Shown one piece after another: positions 9,738-18,508 of a DNA stretch of 64,000 bases. The stretch lies in assembly GCA_964455805.1 (NCBI GenBank), contig CAYVZG010000002.1, positions 66,382 through 130,381 on the forward strand, in the 5' to 3' direction. Position 1 is the first letter of the stretch; every line of letters starts with the position of its first letter. The stretch is from an uncultured Desulfobacula sp. GTDB lineage: Bacteria > Desulfobacterota > Desulfobacteria > Desulfobacterales > Desulfobacteraceae. A program made the translations under genes and the position numbers. Under the pieces are notes generated by a model. It searched no databases. It saw only the letters and a list, made by a program, of their open reading frames with translations, and was not told where the DNA came from.

Positions 9738-10658
9738 TTACTTATTTTTAAAAGATCTCATTTGCGTTGTATATTCATCATACCGTTGAAGACTTTTTAA
9801 CACCTGGTCAGGTAATCTATCGCTGAACTCTGAGCACAAAACAGTTAAAAAAGCAATGGGTGCCGTATAGCTTTCTCCAAAGGGCAAAAGATTAACAGGG
9901 ACATAAAGTGATATCTCTGATATATCCACCAGCGGTGACATGGGGGTATCTGTAATCGCAATAATATGTGCACCTCTTTTTTGCGCAATCTTCCCAATTT
10001 GTATTGTCTCTCTGGGGTATCTGGGAAATGAGAGCAGGAAAACGACAGAGTCTTTTGTTGTTTTTTCCAATGCCGCAAAAGAGAGTATGTCCGAATGCTG
10101 GATGATATCTGTCTGGTGGTTTATTTTGGATAGATTCTGGCCAAGGTATAAAGCAAGGGAAGATGCTGCCATGCTGCCGCTCACACAAATTCTGTCTGCC
10201 TTAAGCATGAGGTTCAGGCATTTATTATAATTTTCCTGATGTATGCTATCAAGTAATTTGGCCGTGTTGTTGATCTCCTGCTGAAGCAATTTGTAGTACA
10301 TGGATTTAGGCTCAAGGCTTTCCTCTTTATAATCATCCATAAATTTTTTAAGCTTGAACCGGTTAAAAGCCGTAAGGTCAGACTGAAGTGATTGTTGAAT
10401 CAGTTTTGTAAATTCCGTATACCCTTTTAAACCTAAAATCCTGCAAAACCTAACGATTGTTGCCGAAGAGACACCAGACTGTTTGGAAACTTTTGCAATG
10501 GGCATGAAAGCAATTTTTTTTGAGTGTTTCAATACAAAATCTGCAAAAATGCTATGCTGCTTGGAAAAACTATCTTTGTTGGTAATTATTTGGTCTAATA
10601 AATTTTTCAAATTAAACAAACCTTTGTAGAATGTTCTGAGTATAAGTACCAAAGGCAA
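9738..10658 (-). CDS. RpiR/MurR-family transcriptional regulator (HTH + SIS); true start may be near 10610
   Basis: IAKVSKQSGVSSATIVRFCRILGLKGY HTH; SFPRYPRET and AITDTPMSPL SIS motifs. Confidence 0.9.
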   Translation of the reverse strand: MPLVLILRTFYKGLFNLKNLLDQIITNKDSFSKQHSIFADFVLKHSKKIAFMPIAKVSKQSGVSSATIVRFCRILGLKGYTEFTKLIQQSLQSDLTAFNRFKLKKFMDDYKEESLEPKSMYYKLLQQEINNTAKLLDSIHQENYNKCLNLMLKADRICVSGSMAASSLALYLGQNLSKINHQTDIIQHSDILSFAALEKTTKDSVVFLLSFPRYPRETIQIGKIAQKRGAHIIAITDTPMSPLVDISEISLYVPVNLLPFGESYTAPIAFLTVLCSEFSDRLPDQVLKSLQRYDEYTTQMRSFKNK

Positions 10659-10732
10659 TAGTAAAAGTAAAGGTTTGAGAAAATGGTAAAATGGATATTG
10701 GCCTTGACAATGGATGATGGATATTCTATCTG

Positions 10733-10748
10733 TGAAATATTTATTTCA
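10733..10748. promoter_or_regulatory. Palindromic operator TGAAA-N6-TTTCA between the divergent rpiR and dcyD genes
   Basis: TGAAATATTTATTTCA lies just downstream of TTGACA (10704)-N17-TATCTG. A near-copy, TGAAATATTTGTTTCT, is at 6710-6725. Confidence 0.5.
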
Positions 10749-10843
10749 TGATAAACATTAAGATAATTAAATTTCATTTATAAAAACTATAATACCTTTA
10801 AAAACATCACCGTATATTTAACAAGGTAAAAAGGAATAAAATA

Positions 10844-11845
10844 ATGGATTACACTAAATTCCCAAGAAGAGAATACATAACAGATTCAACTCCAATAGAG
10901 AGCATGCCCCGCCTAAGTAAAGCCCTGGGGTCCACTGTAAACCTTTATATCAAACGGGACGATCTACTACCGGGTGCATCGGGTGGAAACAAAACAAGGA
11001 AACTGGAGTTCTGCATTGCCGAGGCTTTGGAAAAAGGAGCAGATACCATTATTACCTGTGGTGCGGTTCAATCCAACCATTGCCGCCTTACCGCTTCCTG
11101 GTCGGCAAAAGAAGGACTTGACTGCCACCTTGTACTTGAAGAACGCGTTGAGGGATCCTATAAAAAGCAGGGAACCGGAAATAACTTTCTTTTTGAACTC
11201 CTTGGAGTAAAAAGCATTGCTGCAGTAAAAGGCGGCACTGATATGGTTGCTGCCATGGATAAAAAGGCTGAAGAACTTAAAAAAACCGGCAGAAAGCCCT
11301 ATATAATTCCCGGCGGTGCTTCTGATCCCATTGGCGCCACAGGATATGCCGTCTGTGCCGAGGAGATCATGAACCAGCTTAACCAGATGCACCTAAGTAT
11401 GGATCATATCATTGTTCCTTCCGGTTCTGCCGGAACCCACGCCGGTCTTGTTGCGGGAATGCTCGGTATTAACGCCCATATTCCTGTAAGCGGAATCAAT
11501 GTTTCAAGAACAAAGGATGTTCAGGAAAAACTTGTTTATGATCTTGCTCAAAAAACGGCCGAAAGAATAGGGGTGAACACCCCTGTGAGAAGTGAGGATG
11601 TTACATGCTACGATGCTTATGTGGGTCCGGGATATTCCATACCCACAGACGCAATGGTTGAGGCTGTAAAACTTTTCTCCATGAACGAGGCTATTCTTCT
11701 TGATCCCGTATATACGGGTAAAGCTGCGGCAGGATTCATTGATCTTGTGAGAAAGCGTGTTTTCCCCAAAGAATCCAATGTACTTTTCCTTCACACGGGG
11801 GGGTCTCCTGCTCTTTATGCGTATCTTGATGCATTCAGAAAATAA
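10844..11845 (+). CDS. dcyD: D-cysteine desulfhydrase / ACC deaminase family PLP enzyme
   Basis: IKRDD..GGNKTRKLEF (PLP lysine), GAVQSNH, GSAGTHAG, LLDPVYTGKA, FLHTGG. Confidence 0.88.
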   Translation: MDYTKFPRREYITDSTPIESMPRLSKALGSTVNLYIKRDDLLPGASGGNKTRKLEFCIAEALEKGADTIITCGAVQSNHCRLTASWSAKEGLDCHLVLEERVEGSYKKQGTGNNFLFELLGVKSIAAVKGGTDMVAAMDKKAEELKKTGRKPYIIPGGASDPIGATGYAVCAEEIMNQLNQMHLSMDHIIVPSGSAGTHAGLVAGMLGINAHIPVSGINVSRTKDVQEKLVYDLAQKTAERIGVNTPVRSEDVTCYDAYVGPGYSIPTDAMVEAVKLFSMNEAILLDPVYTGKAAAGFIDLVRKRVFPKESNVLFLHTGGSPALYAYLDAFRK

Positions 11846-12076
11846 ATATTGCTTTAAAACAGGATAATTCCATGGCATTTTATATCCATAAAAAACGTGA
11901 AAAGCGTTTAATTGTGAGGGAAAAGCGGTTTTTAAAAACTCATTTTTCCTAATAATTGTGCATGGCATAAAAAGTTATAATTATCATGCTTGACACATAA
12001 AAAAGCCTCTGTTATCTGTAAAACCTATCTGGGATACTATAAAAAACAACACCAATACCTATTAATAGGAGACGTT

Positions 12077-13537
12077 ATGATCAACTCGGCATCAACACAG
12101 GCACGGCAACCCCATTTAAAAATTTTAACTGAAGATCAAATTTTTGAAATAACACGCGCAGCCTTTGATATCATGTTCAGTGTCGGTTTTAAGGTATTAC
12201 ATGCCGGAGCAAGGGATATGCTTAAGAAGGCCGGTGCCGTTGTGGAAGGAGAGCATGTAAGGGTTCCTGAATATATTGTTAAGCAATGCCTGGTTACAGC
12301 GCCTAATGGATTTACTCTTTATGATCGTCAGGGTAACCGGGCTCTTGAAGTGGAAGGTCGCAAAAGTTATTATGGCACATCCACTGGAAGCCCAAGAACA
12401 AAAGATGCTCTAACCGGGGAGATTCATCCCACAACTATTAAAGATATTGGTATTGGTGCACGGGTCGCAGATGCATGTGAAAATATTGACTGGGTCATGC
12501 CTATGGGTTCATCCCAAGATGTTCCTTCAATTGTTTCGGATCTTTACGATTTTGAAGCGGTGGTCACCAATACGACAAAGCCAATTGTTTTTCTGGGTTA
12601 TTCCGGTAGAGGAACCCAGTTGGTGTTTGAAATGGCTGCACAAATTGCAGGTGGTATGGACAAGCTCAGGCAAAAGCCGTTCCTTGCCGTTTATCCTGAA
12701 CCCATCAGCCCGCTTGTCCAACCGGATGAGGTCATTGACCGTATATTTGCGGCTGCGGATTATTTTATTCCCCAGGTGCCGGGGCCTGCCGTCCAGATGG
12801 GTGCCACAGGCCCTATGACCATGGCGGGTGTTATCACTATGATTACAGCAGAGTCATTGATGTGCCTGGTATTGGCCCAGTTACGGCAACCCGGATGCCC
12901 GGTTTGTCTGAGCGGAAATGTCCAGATATTAAATATGTCATCAGGTATCTTCGGTGTTGGATACCCGGAAATGAGTCTGGGTATATCTGCCCAGGCAGAA
13001 GTTGCCCAATCATTTAACCTACCAACCTGGGGATATGCGGGCTGCAGCGATTCAAAGGTGTTGGATGCCCAGGCCGGACTTGAGAGCGGATTTTCCATCA
13101 TTACCCAGGCCCTTGCCGGACTCAACCTGATCCATGATGTCGGTTATCTTGACCAGGCAATGGTCTGTTCAACCGCTCAACTGGTATTGGGAAATGAAGC
13201 GATTGGAATGACCCGCAAGTTCATGGAAGGTATAAGGGTAGATGAAGGAAGTATTGCTCGCCAGGTGATTGAGGATATTGGTCCCGGAGGTCATTATCTG
13301 GCACACAAACATACCCTTGACCATTGTCGTGATGCTGTATGGGGTTCAAAACTGCTCGCCAGGCAGCCCTATGAACGCTGGAAAGATGAAGGGGGAAAAG
13401 ACATGGCAGAACGAATCCAGGAGCGCCTGGTTGACATCCTTGAAAATCACAAAGTCCCGCCTCTGGATGAAAACGTCCTTGCAAAAATTAAAAAAATTAA
13501 GGATGCGGGTGTAAAAGAGCTGACCGGCAAGGTATAA
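12077..13537 (+). CDS. mttB: MttB/MtgB-superfamily methyltransferase (non-pyrrolysine)
   Basis: ATG 12077 follows AGGAGA. Motifs GATGPMTMAG, GYAGCSDSKVLDAQAG, NLIHDVGYL, GPGGHYL. Confidence 0.92.
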   Translation: MINSASTQARQPHLKILTEDQIFEITRAAFDIMFSVGFKVLHAGARDMLKKAGAVVEGEHVRVPEYIVKQCLVTAPNGFTLYDRQGNRALEVEGRKSYYGTSTGSPRTKDALTGEIHPTTIKDIGIGARVADACENIDWVMPMGSSQDVPSIVSDLYDFEAVVTNTTKPIVFLGYSGRGTQLVFEMAAQIAGGMDKLRQKPFLAVYPEPISPLVQPDEVIDRIFAAADYFIPQVPGPAVQMGATGPMTMAGVITMITAESLMCLVLAQLRQPGCPVCLSGNVQILNMSSGIFGVGYPEMSLGISAQAEVAQSFNLPTWGYAGCSDSKVLDAQAGLESGFSIITQALAGLNLIHDVGYLDQAMVCSTAQLVLGNEAIGMTRKFMEGIRVDEGSIARQVIEDIGPGGHYLAHKHTLDHCRDAVWGSKLLARQPYERWKDEGGKDMAERIQERLVDILENHKVPPLDENVLAKIKKIKDAGVKELTGKV

Positions 13538-13561
13538 ACATATAAAAACATAAGGATCACC

Positions 13562-14572
13562 ATGTTATTAGGCCTAGAAACATTTAGTTATCATCTGGCC
13601 TTTGCTTACGGGAAAATGGATATTTTCAAATTTATCCAGAGAACGGCGAAGTTGGGTCTGGATGGTGTTCAGATCAATATTGAAGGTGAAGGGCTTGCCC
13701 ACCTCGGGAACGATGATCCCGGATTTCTTCAAGAGGTAAAAAATGCCATCAATAGTTTAGGGTTATTTGTAGAAATCGACACCTGCGGAACCGATCCGGC
13801 CAACCTGACAAGGGGGTTGAACATCTGTAAGCATCTTGGGTCAGACACCTTGCGCGTTTTTTCCAGTATTGGGGGAGATGTTCAGAAAGAGTTAAAACAG
13901 GCGGTGATTGATTTTAAAAAGATCGTTCCCTTGTGCACGGATTACGGCGTTAAAATCGCTTATGAAAATCATGAATTCGAGACCTCTCAGGAAATTATAA
14001 ATGTCGTAGATGAGGTGAACAGCGATTCTATCGGTACACATATCGATGTGGGTAATTCAATGATGTTATGGGAAAAACCCATTGACGCTGTAACAGCAAT
14101 GGCGCCAAAAGCCGTCAGCAGTCACTTTAAAGATCACATTGTCGTAACCATAAAAGATCAACCAATGATTATCGGCGTTCCCCTTGGAAAAGGAAGTATT
14201 GATCTGCCTGAATGCTACCGCATTCTTGAGCAGCACTCTCCGTTGAAGCGTATTAACATCGAAGTCTGTTATGGATATCTTGCACCCTTTCGTATTCCGG
14301 AATCACATGGGTATGGCGGCCGATTAGGAGAGGGGTGCTTCAAAATTTATCACCCCCCCTATGATCCGGAAATAGTGGCCCCATTTATATCTCAGTATTT
14401 AGAGAATCCTTTTGAACTGAATGCCTTTGCCTGGTCGAAATTAGCCAAAATAGCAAATTCGGAAAAACAGCGTGAAGAGCTTGTAGAACTACAGGATAAA
14501 GCGGTAGTGTCCAGCATTGACTACGTGATGGGATTAAGGACCCCACAGGGTATTGACAATTCGTTATTATAA
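13562..14572 (+). CDS. Sugar phosphate isomerase/epimerase (xylose isomerase-like / AP_endonuc_2 TIM barrel)
   Basis: LGLDGVQI, KIAYENHE, HIDVGNS, SSHFKD, PLGKGSID metal-binding motifs. Confidence 0.8.
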   Translation: MLLGLETFSYHLAFAYGKMDIFKFIQRTAKLGLDGVQINIEGEGLAHLGNDDPGFLQEVKNAINSLGLFVEIDTCGTDPANLTRGLNICKHLGSDTLRVFSSIGGDVQKELKQAVIDFKKIVPLCTDYGVKIAYENHEFETSQEIINVVDEVNSDSIGTHIDVGNSMMLWEKPIDAVTAMAPKAVSSHFKDHIVVTIKDQPMIIGVPLGKGSIDLPECYRILEQHSPLKRINIEVCYGYLAPFRIPESHGYGGRLGEGCFKIYHPPYDPEIVAPFISQYLENPFELNAFAWSKLAKIANSEKQREELVELQDKAVVSSIDYVMGLRTPQGIDNSLL

Positions 14573-14863
14573 CAGATTTTAGGTGTTCATATAAAAATCA
14601 TTATATTGCTTATTTAACAAGGGTATAATACTAAATGAATTAAATTCATTTTACTTTCATTATTTCTTGACATTCACCTGATATCTTTAATAAGGTCGCA
14701 TTTGTTGAGAGATTTAATAAAAGGGATGACCTGCGAGATTCGTTTTAGAACACAAAACCGTATAATCAATTTATATTCACTAACAGTGATTATAGATTTA
14801 CTTTTTTGATTATAGTAAGTGTTTCATTTTTATAACTTTATACTTTTTAGGAGGAATCAAATT

Positions 14864-16567
14864 ATGGCAGAACAAGACAAGCTATCTACTAAAAGAGTAC
14901 ATCCCGGTGTTGAAAAAATGAAAAAAAGTCTCATGGAAGGGAAATGCTCCCGCCGTGAATTTTTACGGACAACAACTTTACTAGGTATCTCTGCGACCAC
15001 TGCCTACGGTCTTGCAAGCTCAATACTGGGTAAAGAAATTTTACCCGACCTGATCTCGACAGCCCATGCCGGCCAGAAAAAGGGCGGTGTTTTAAAGTTT
15101 GGAATGGTGGTACAGGAAATGGCAGACCCTGCTACTTTTTCCTGGGTTGAAAGATCGGTTGTTTCCCGTCATATAGTGGAATACCTGGTGGAAACAGGAC
15201 CGGATAATATCACCCGGCCTAATTTGGCAACCAGCTGGGAGGCATCAGATGACCTGAAAACCTGGACTTTTCACCTTCGTAAAGGTGTCAAATGGTCAAA
15301 CGGTGATGACTTTAATGCCGATGATGTCGTGTTCAACTTTACAAGATGGCTGGATCCCAAAACCGGATCATCCAATCTGGGCCTGTTCAACGCCATGCTG
15401 GAAGACAGCGGTAAAAAAGATAAAAAAGGCAACCCCATCAAACAGATGACCAAAAATGCAGTGGAAAAAGTAGATGAGCATACGGTAAGGGTTAATCTGA
15501 ATTCTCCTGTATTGTCCATTCCTGAAAATCTTTACAATTATCCCACTGCCATTGTTCACCGCGACTTTGAAAAAGAGGGCGGGGACCTGTCTAAAAATCC
15601 CGTCGGTACCGGACCCTACGAACTTGCTGAATTTAAAGTCGGCGAACTGGCCGTATTAAAAAAGCGCAAAGCGCCTTATTGGGGTGGTGAAGTCTTTCTT
15701 GATGAGATTCGTTTCATGGACCTGGGTGAAGATGCCGGTGCCTATCTGGCGGCCATTGCTTCAAAACAGGTGGATGCACTTTATATTCTAGGCCTCACAA
15801 CATTGGAAGCAGCCAAGAACATCCCCGGGATCAAGATTGTCTCCATTGCCACGGCACAAACTGGTGTAATTCGCATGAAGGTCAACAAAAAACCCTTTGA
15901 CGATATCCGGGTGAGAAAAGCCGTACAAAAATGCTGTGATTCTGAAAGACAGCTTAAAATTGCCCATCACGGCTTAGGCGTCGTTGCAGAACACCATCAT
16001 GTTGCCAATGTCCATCCCGAGTATTTTAAACTTCCTGAATTTAAACAGGACATTGAAGGAGCAAAAAAACTACTGGCCGAAGCGGGTTATGCAGATGGAC
16101 TTGACATCACCTGTAATGTGGGAAATACCCAGGGTGTCTGGGAACAAAATTCCGTTGCCCTGCTGAAAGAAGATTGTGCCAAAGCCGGAATCAACCTTAA
16201 AATAAATGTTATGCCGTCTGCCCAGTACTGGGATGTCTGGACAAAGGCACCCATGAGTCTCACTTCCTGGACTCACCGTCCACTGGGCACTATGGTGTTG
16301 AGTCTGGCATATCGTGCCGGTGTTCCCTGGAATGAATCCAGCTATAACAATCCTGAATGGGACGCTGCTCTGAATGATGCAGAAGCAACTGTGGATGTTG
16401 AAAAACGCCGGGCCAAGATGGAGAAAGTTGAAAAAATTCTCCAGGATGATGCTGTCATGGTACAGCCCTTTTTCAGGTCTGTTTTCACTGCAATTTCTGA
16501 TAAAGTTGTTGGATTTGAAATGCACCCGACAGTCTACATCCGTTTTCACAAGGTATCACTGTCATAA
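14864..16567 (+). CDS. Peptide/nickel-family (SBP family 5) ABC substrate-binding protein with twin-arginine signal
   Basis: AGGAGG RBS before ATG 14864. SRREFL Tat motif; [40 protein letters not shown]. Confidence 0.9.
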   Translation: MAEQDKLSTKRVHPGVEKMKKSLMEGKCSRREFLRTTTLLGISATTAYGLASSILGKEILPDLISTAHAGQKKGGVLKFGMVVQEMADPATFSWVERSVVSRHIVEYLVETGPDNITRPNLATSWEASDDLKTWTFHLRKGVKWSNGDDFNADDVVFNFTRWLDPKTGSSNLGLFNAMLEDSGKKDKKGNPIKQMTKNAVEKVDEHTVRVNLNSPVLSIPENLYNYPTAIVHRDFEKEGGDLSKNPVGTGPYELAEFKVGELAVLKKRKAPYWGGEVFLDEIRFMDLGEDAGAYLAAIASKQVDALYILGLTTLEAAKNIPGIKIVSIATAQTGVIRMKVNKKPFDDIRVRKAVQKCCDSERQLKIAHHGLGVVAEHHHVANVHPEYFKLPEFKQDIEGAKKLLAEAGYADGLDITCNVGNTQGVWEQNSVALLKEDCAKAGINLKINVMPSAQYWDVWTKAPMSLTSWTHRPLGTMVLSLAYRAGVPWNESSYNNPEWDAALNDAEATVDVEKRRAKMEKVEKILQDDAVMVQPFFRSVFTAISDKVVGFEMHPTVYIRFHKVSLS

Positions 16568-16586
16568 ATCGTTACCATAGCAATTG

Positions 16587-16618
16587 CCGGTAAGGGGGTT
16601 TTCTTTCCCCCTTACCGG
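16587..16618 (+). terminator. Intergenic stem-loop after the SBP gene (partial terminator or mRNA stabiliser)
   Basis: CCGGTAAGGGGG-N8-CCCCCTTACCGG, a perfect 12-bp stem with no U-tract. Confidence 0.6.
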
Positions 16619-16652
16619 ACACGAAATCCTGCTCTAAATTGAAGGAGTTAAA

Positions 16653-17588
16653 ATGGTTCTGCTGATTTTTAAGCGAATCGGGTTCATGATTTTTACCATG
16701 ATTGTCGTATCCATAATTCTTTTCATACTTCTGGAAACAGGCCTTACAGGCGATCCTGCAACCCGTGTCCTAGGTAATTATTCCAGTGAAGCCCAAAGAG
16801 AAATGTGGCGGGACCAGCACGGATATAACAAACCGATTGTCGTTCGCTACGCAATGTGGCTGGGCAATTTTGCTACAGGCGATCTTGGAACATCCATCCG
16901 TTATAAAGGCCCGGTAAAAGATGTCCTCCTCCCGCGGTTATGGAGTACCACCGTCCTGGGTTTCTGGGTCTTTGCCATCATGATCCCTTTATCATTGACT
17001 CTAGGTGTCTTATCCGGAATGAAGGAGGGTTCCCTTCTGGACCGGAGCATATCCGTATTTGGTATCTTAACCACCTCTGTACCTGAGTTTGCAAGTGCTG
17101 TGTTTTTCTCTGCCCTTTTTGTTTTCGGATTAAAATGGCTGCCGGGAACAAGCTCCATGGCAAACGGATTTGAGTTCAAACAGCTTCTCCTTCCGGCAAT
17201 GGTTCTTGTGGTTTATGATTTCGGTTATGTTGCCCGTATGACCCGGGCATCCATGGCTGAAGTCATGACATCTCAATATGTAAGATCGGCTGTATTAAAA
17301 GGTCTTCCTTACAGACAGGTGATTATACGCCATGCCCTGCGCAATGCATTAATTGCCCCTTTCACCGTTATTATGCTGCAAATCAACTGGCTTTTGTCCG
17401 GGGTTATTGTTGTTGAATTTTTCTTTGCCTATAAGGGGTTTGGAGCCTTGCTCCTGGAAGCTTCCCTGAACAATGATATAGCACTGCTGGAAGCCTGCGC
17501 AATGATCGCCGTTGTTGTAGCCGTGGGTTCCCAAACCCTGGCCGATATCGGCTATACTTTTCTTAACCCGCGCATCCGTTTTACATAA
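16653..17588 (+). CDS. Peptide ABC transporter permease (DppB/OppB-like)
   Basis: Hydrophobic segments; GDLGTS, ARMTRASMAEVM..YVRSAVLKGL, RHALRNAL, NPRIR. Confidence 0.9.
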   Translation: MVLLIFKRIGFMIFTMIVVSIILFILLETGLTGDPATRVLGNYSSEAQREMWRDQHGYNKPIVVRYAMWLGNFATGDLGTSIRYKGPVKDVLLPRLWSTTVLGFWVFAIMIPLSLTLGVLSGMKEGSLLDRSISVFGILTTSVPEFASAVFFSALFVFGLKWLPGTSSMANGFEFKQLLLPAMVLVVYDFGYVARMTRASMAEVMTSQYVRSAVLKGLPYRQVIIRHALRNALIAPFTVIMLQINWLLSGVIVVEFFFAYKGFGALLLEASLNNDIALLEACAMIAVVVAVGSQTLADIGYTFLNPRIRFT

Positions 17589-17601
17589 GGAGTCTTGACG
17601 T

Positions 17602-18495
17602 ATGAGGACTGAATCCATGACTGAAATGCCCTCCAGGGGTTATGGCGCTGTGATTTGGCGGATAATAAAATCTTTTGGTCTCCTGCGGGAAAGCTGGGTG
17701 GGAATAATCGGTGCCTCTATCGTTTTATTCTGGGTGCTGGTTGCCATCTTTGCCCCTTTGATCGCACACTTTGATCCCAATGCAGCCATTATGCCTTTTG
17801 CCAAACCCGGGACGGTTTCGCCTACCGGTGAAACATTCTGGCTGGGCACGGACCATATGGGAAGGGATATTCTGGCCCGTATTGTATGGGGGTCCCGAAC
17901 CGTCTTAACCTTCGGTCCCCTGGCAACCCTGAGTGCCTACACCGTGGGTATTTTAATGGGACTCATGGCCGGCTACCGCGGTGGCCTGGTGGACGACATC
18001 CTTTCCCGCATTTCAGATATTATTTTATCTTTTCCCGTGCTGGTACTCTACATCATTGTTATTGCAACCATTGGCGCTTCGGGAATCAACATTGTCATTG
18101 CCATTACCTTTGCCTCTTCTCCGGGCATCATGCGTATTGTGCGGGGACTTGTCTTAGATCTTCGCAACAGGGACTATGTGGCTGCCGCCCAGACCCGGGG
18201 TGAATCTGACTGGCGAATCATGCTGTTTGAAATTTTACCCAATGCCCGTGGTCCCCTCATTGTAGATGCCTGCCTGCGTCTGGGTTATGTCATTATTACC
18301 ATTGGTGTTCTTGGCTTTTTAGGTCTTGGCCTGCCGCCGCCAGATCCGGATTGGGGCGGAATGGTCAATGAAACACGGCAGATGGCCATGGTTTTTCCCC
18401 ACATGACCCTTTTTCCCTGTATTGCAATATCTTCGTTAATTCTTGGATTTAATCTATTGGCGGATGGTTTGCGTGAAATATCATTACGTGATTAA
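17602..18495 (+). CDS. Peptide ABC transporter permease (DppC/OppC-like)
   Basis: WLGTDHMGRDILARIVWG, DYVAAAQTRG, ILPNA, FLGLG...PDWG, FNLLADGLR. Confidence 0.9.
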   Translation: MRTESMTEMPSRGYGAVIWRIIKSFGLLRESWVGIIGASIVLFWVLVAIFAPLIAHFDPNAAIMPFAKPGTVSPTGETFWLGTDHMGRDILARIVWGSRTVLTFGPLATLSAYTVGILMGLMAGYRGGLVDDILSRISDIILSFPVLVLYIIVIATIGASGINIVIAITFASSPGIMRIVRGLVLDLRNRDYVAAAQTRGESDWRIMLFEILPNARGPLIVDACLRLGYVIITIGVLGFLGLGLPPPDPDWGGMVNETRQMAMVFPHMTLFPCIAISSLILGFNLLADGLREISLRD

Positions 18496-18508
18496 AAGGT
18501 AAGAAACA

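Noticed and set aside
14573..14863. Riboswitch in the long leader of the ABC operon
   Set aside because: AT-rich, with no recognisable glycine, cobalamin, SAM or THF aptamer motifs by eye. An Rfam scan would be needed to exclude one.
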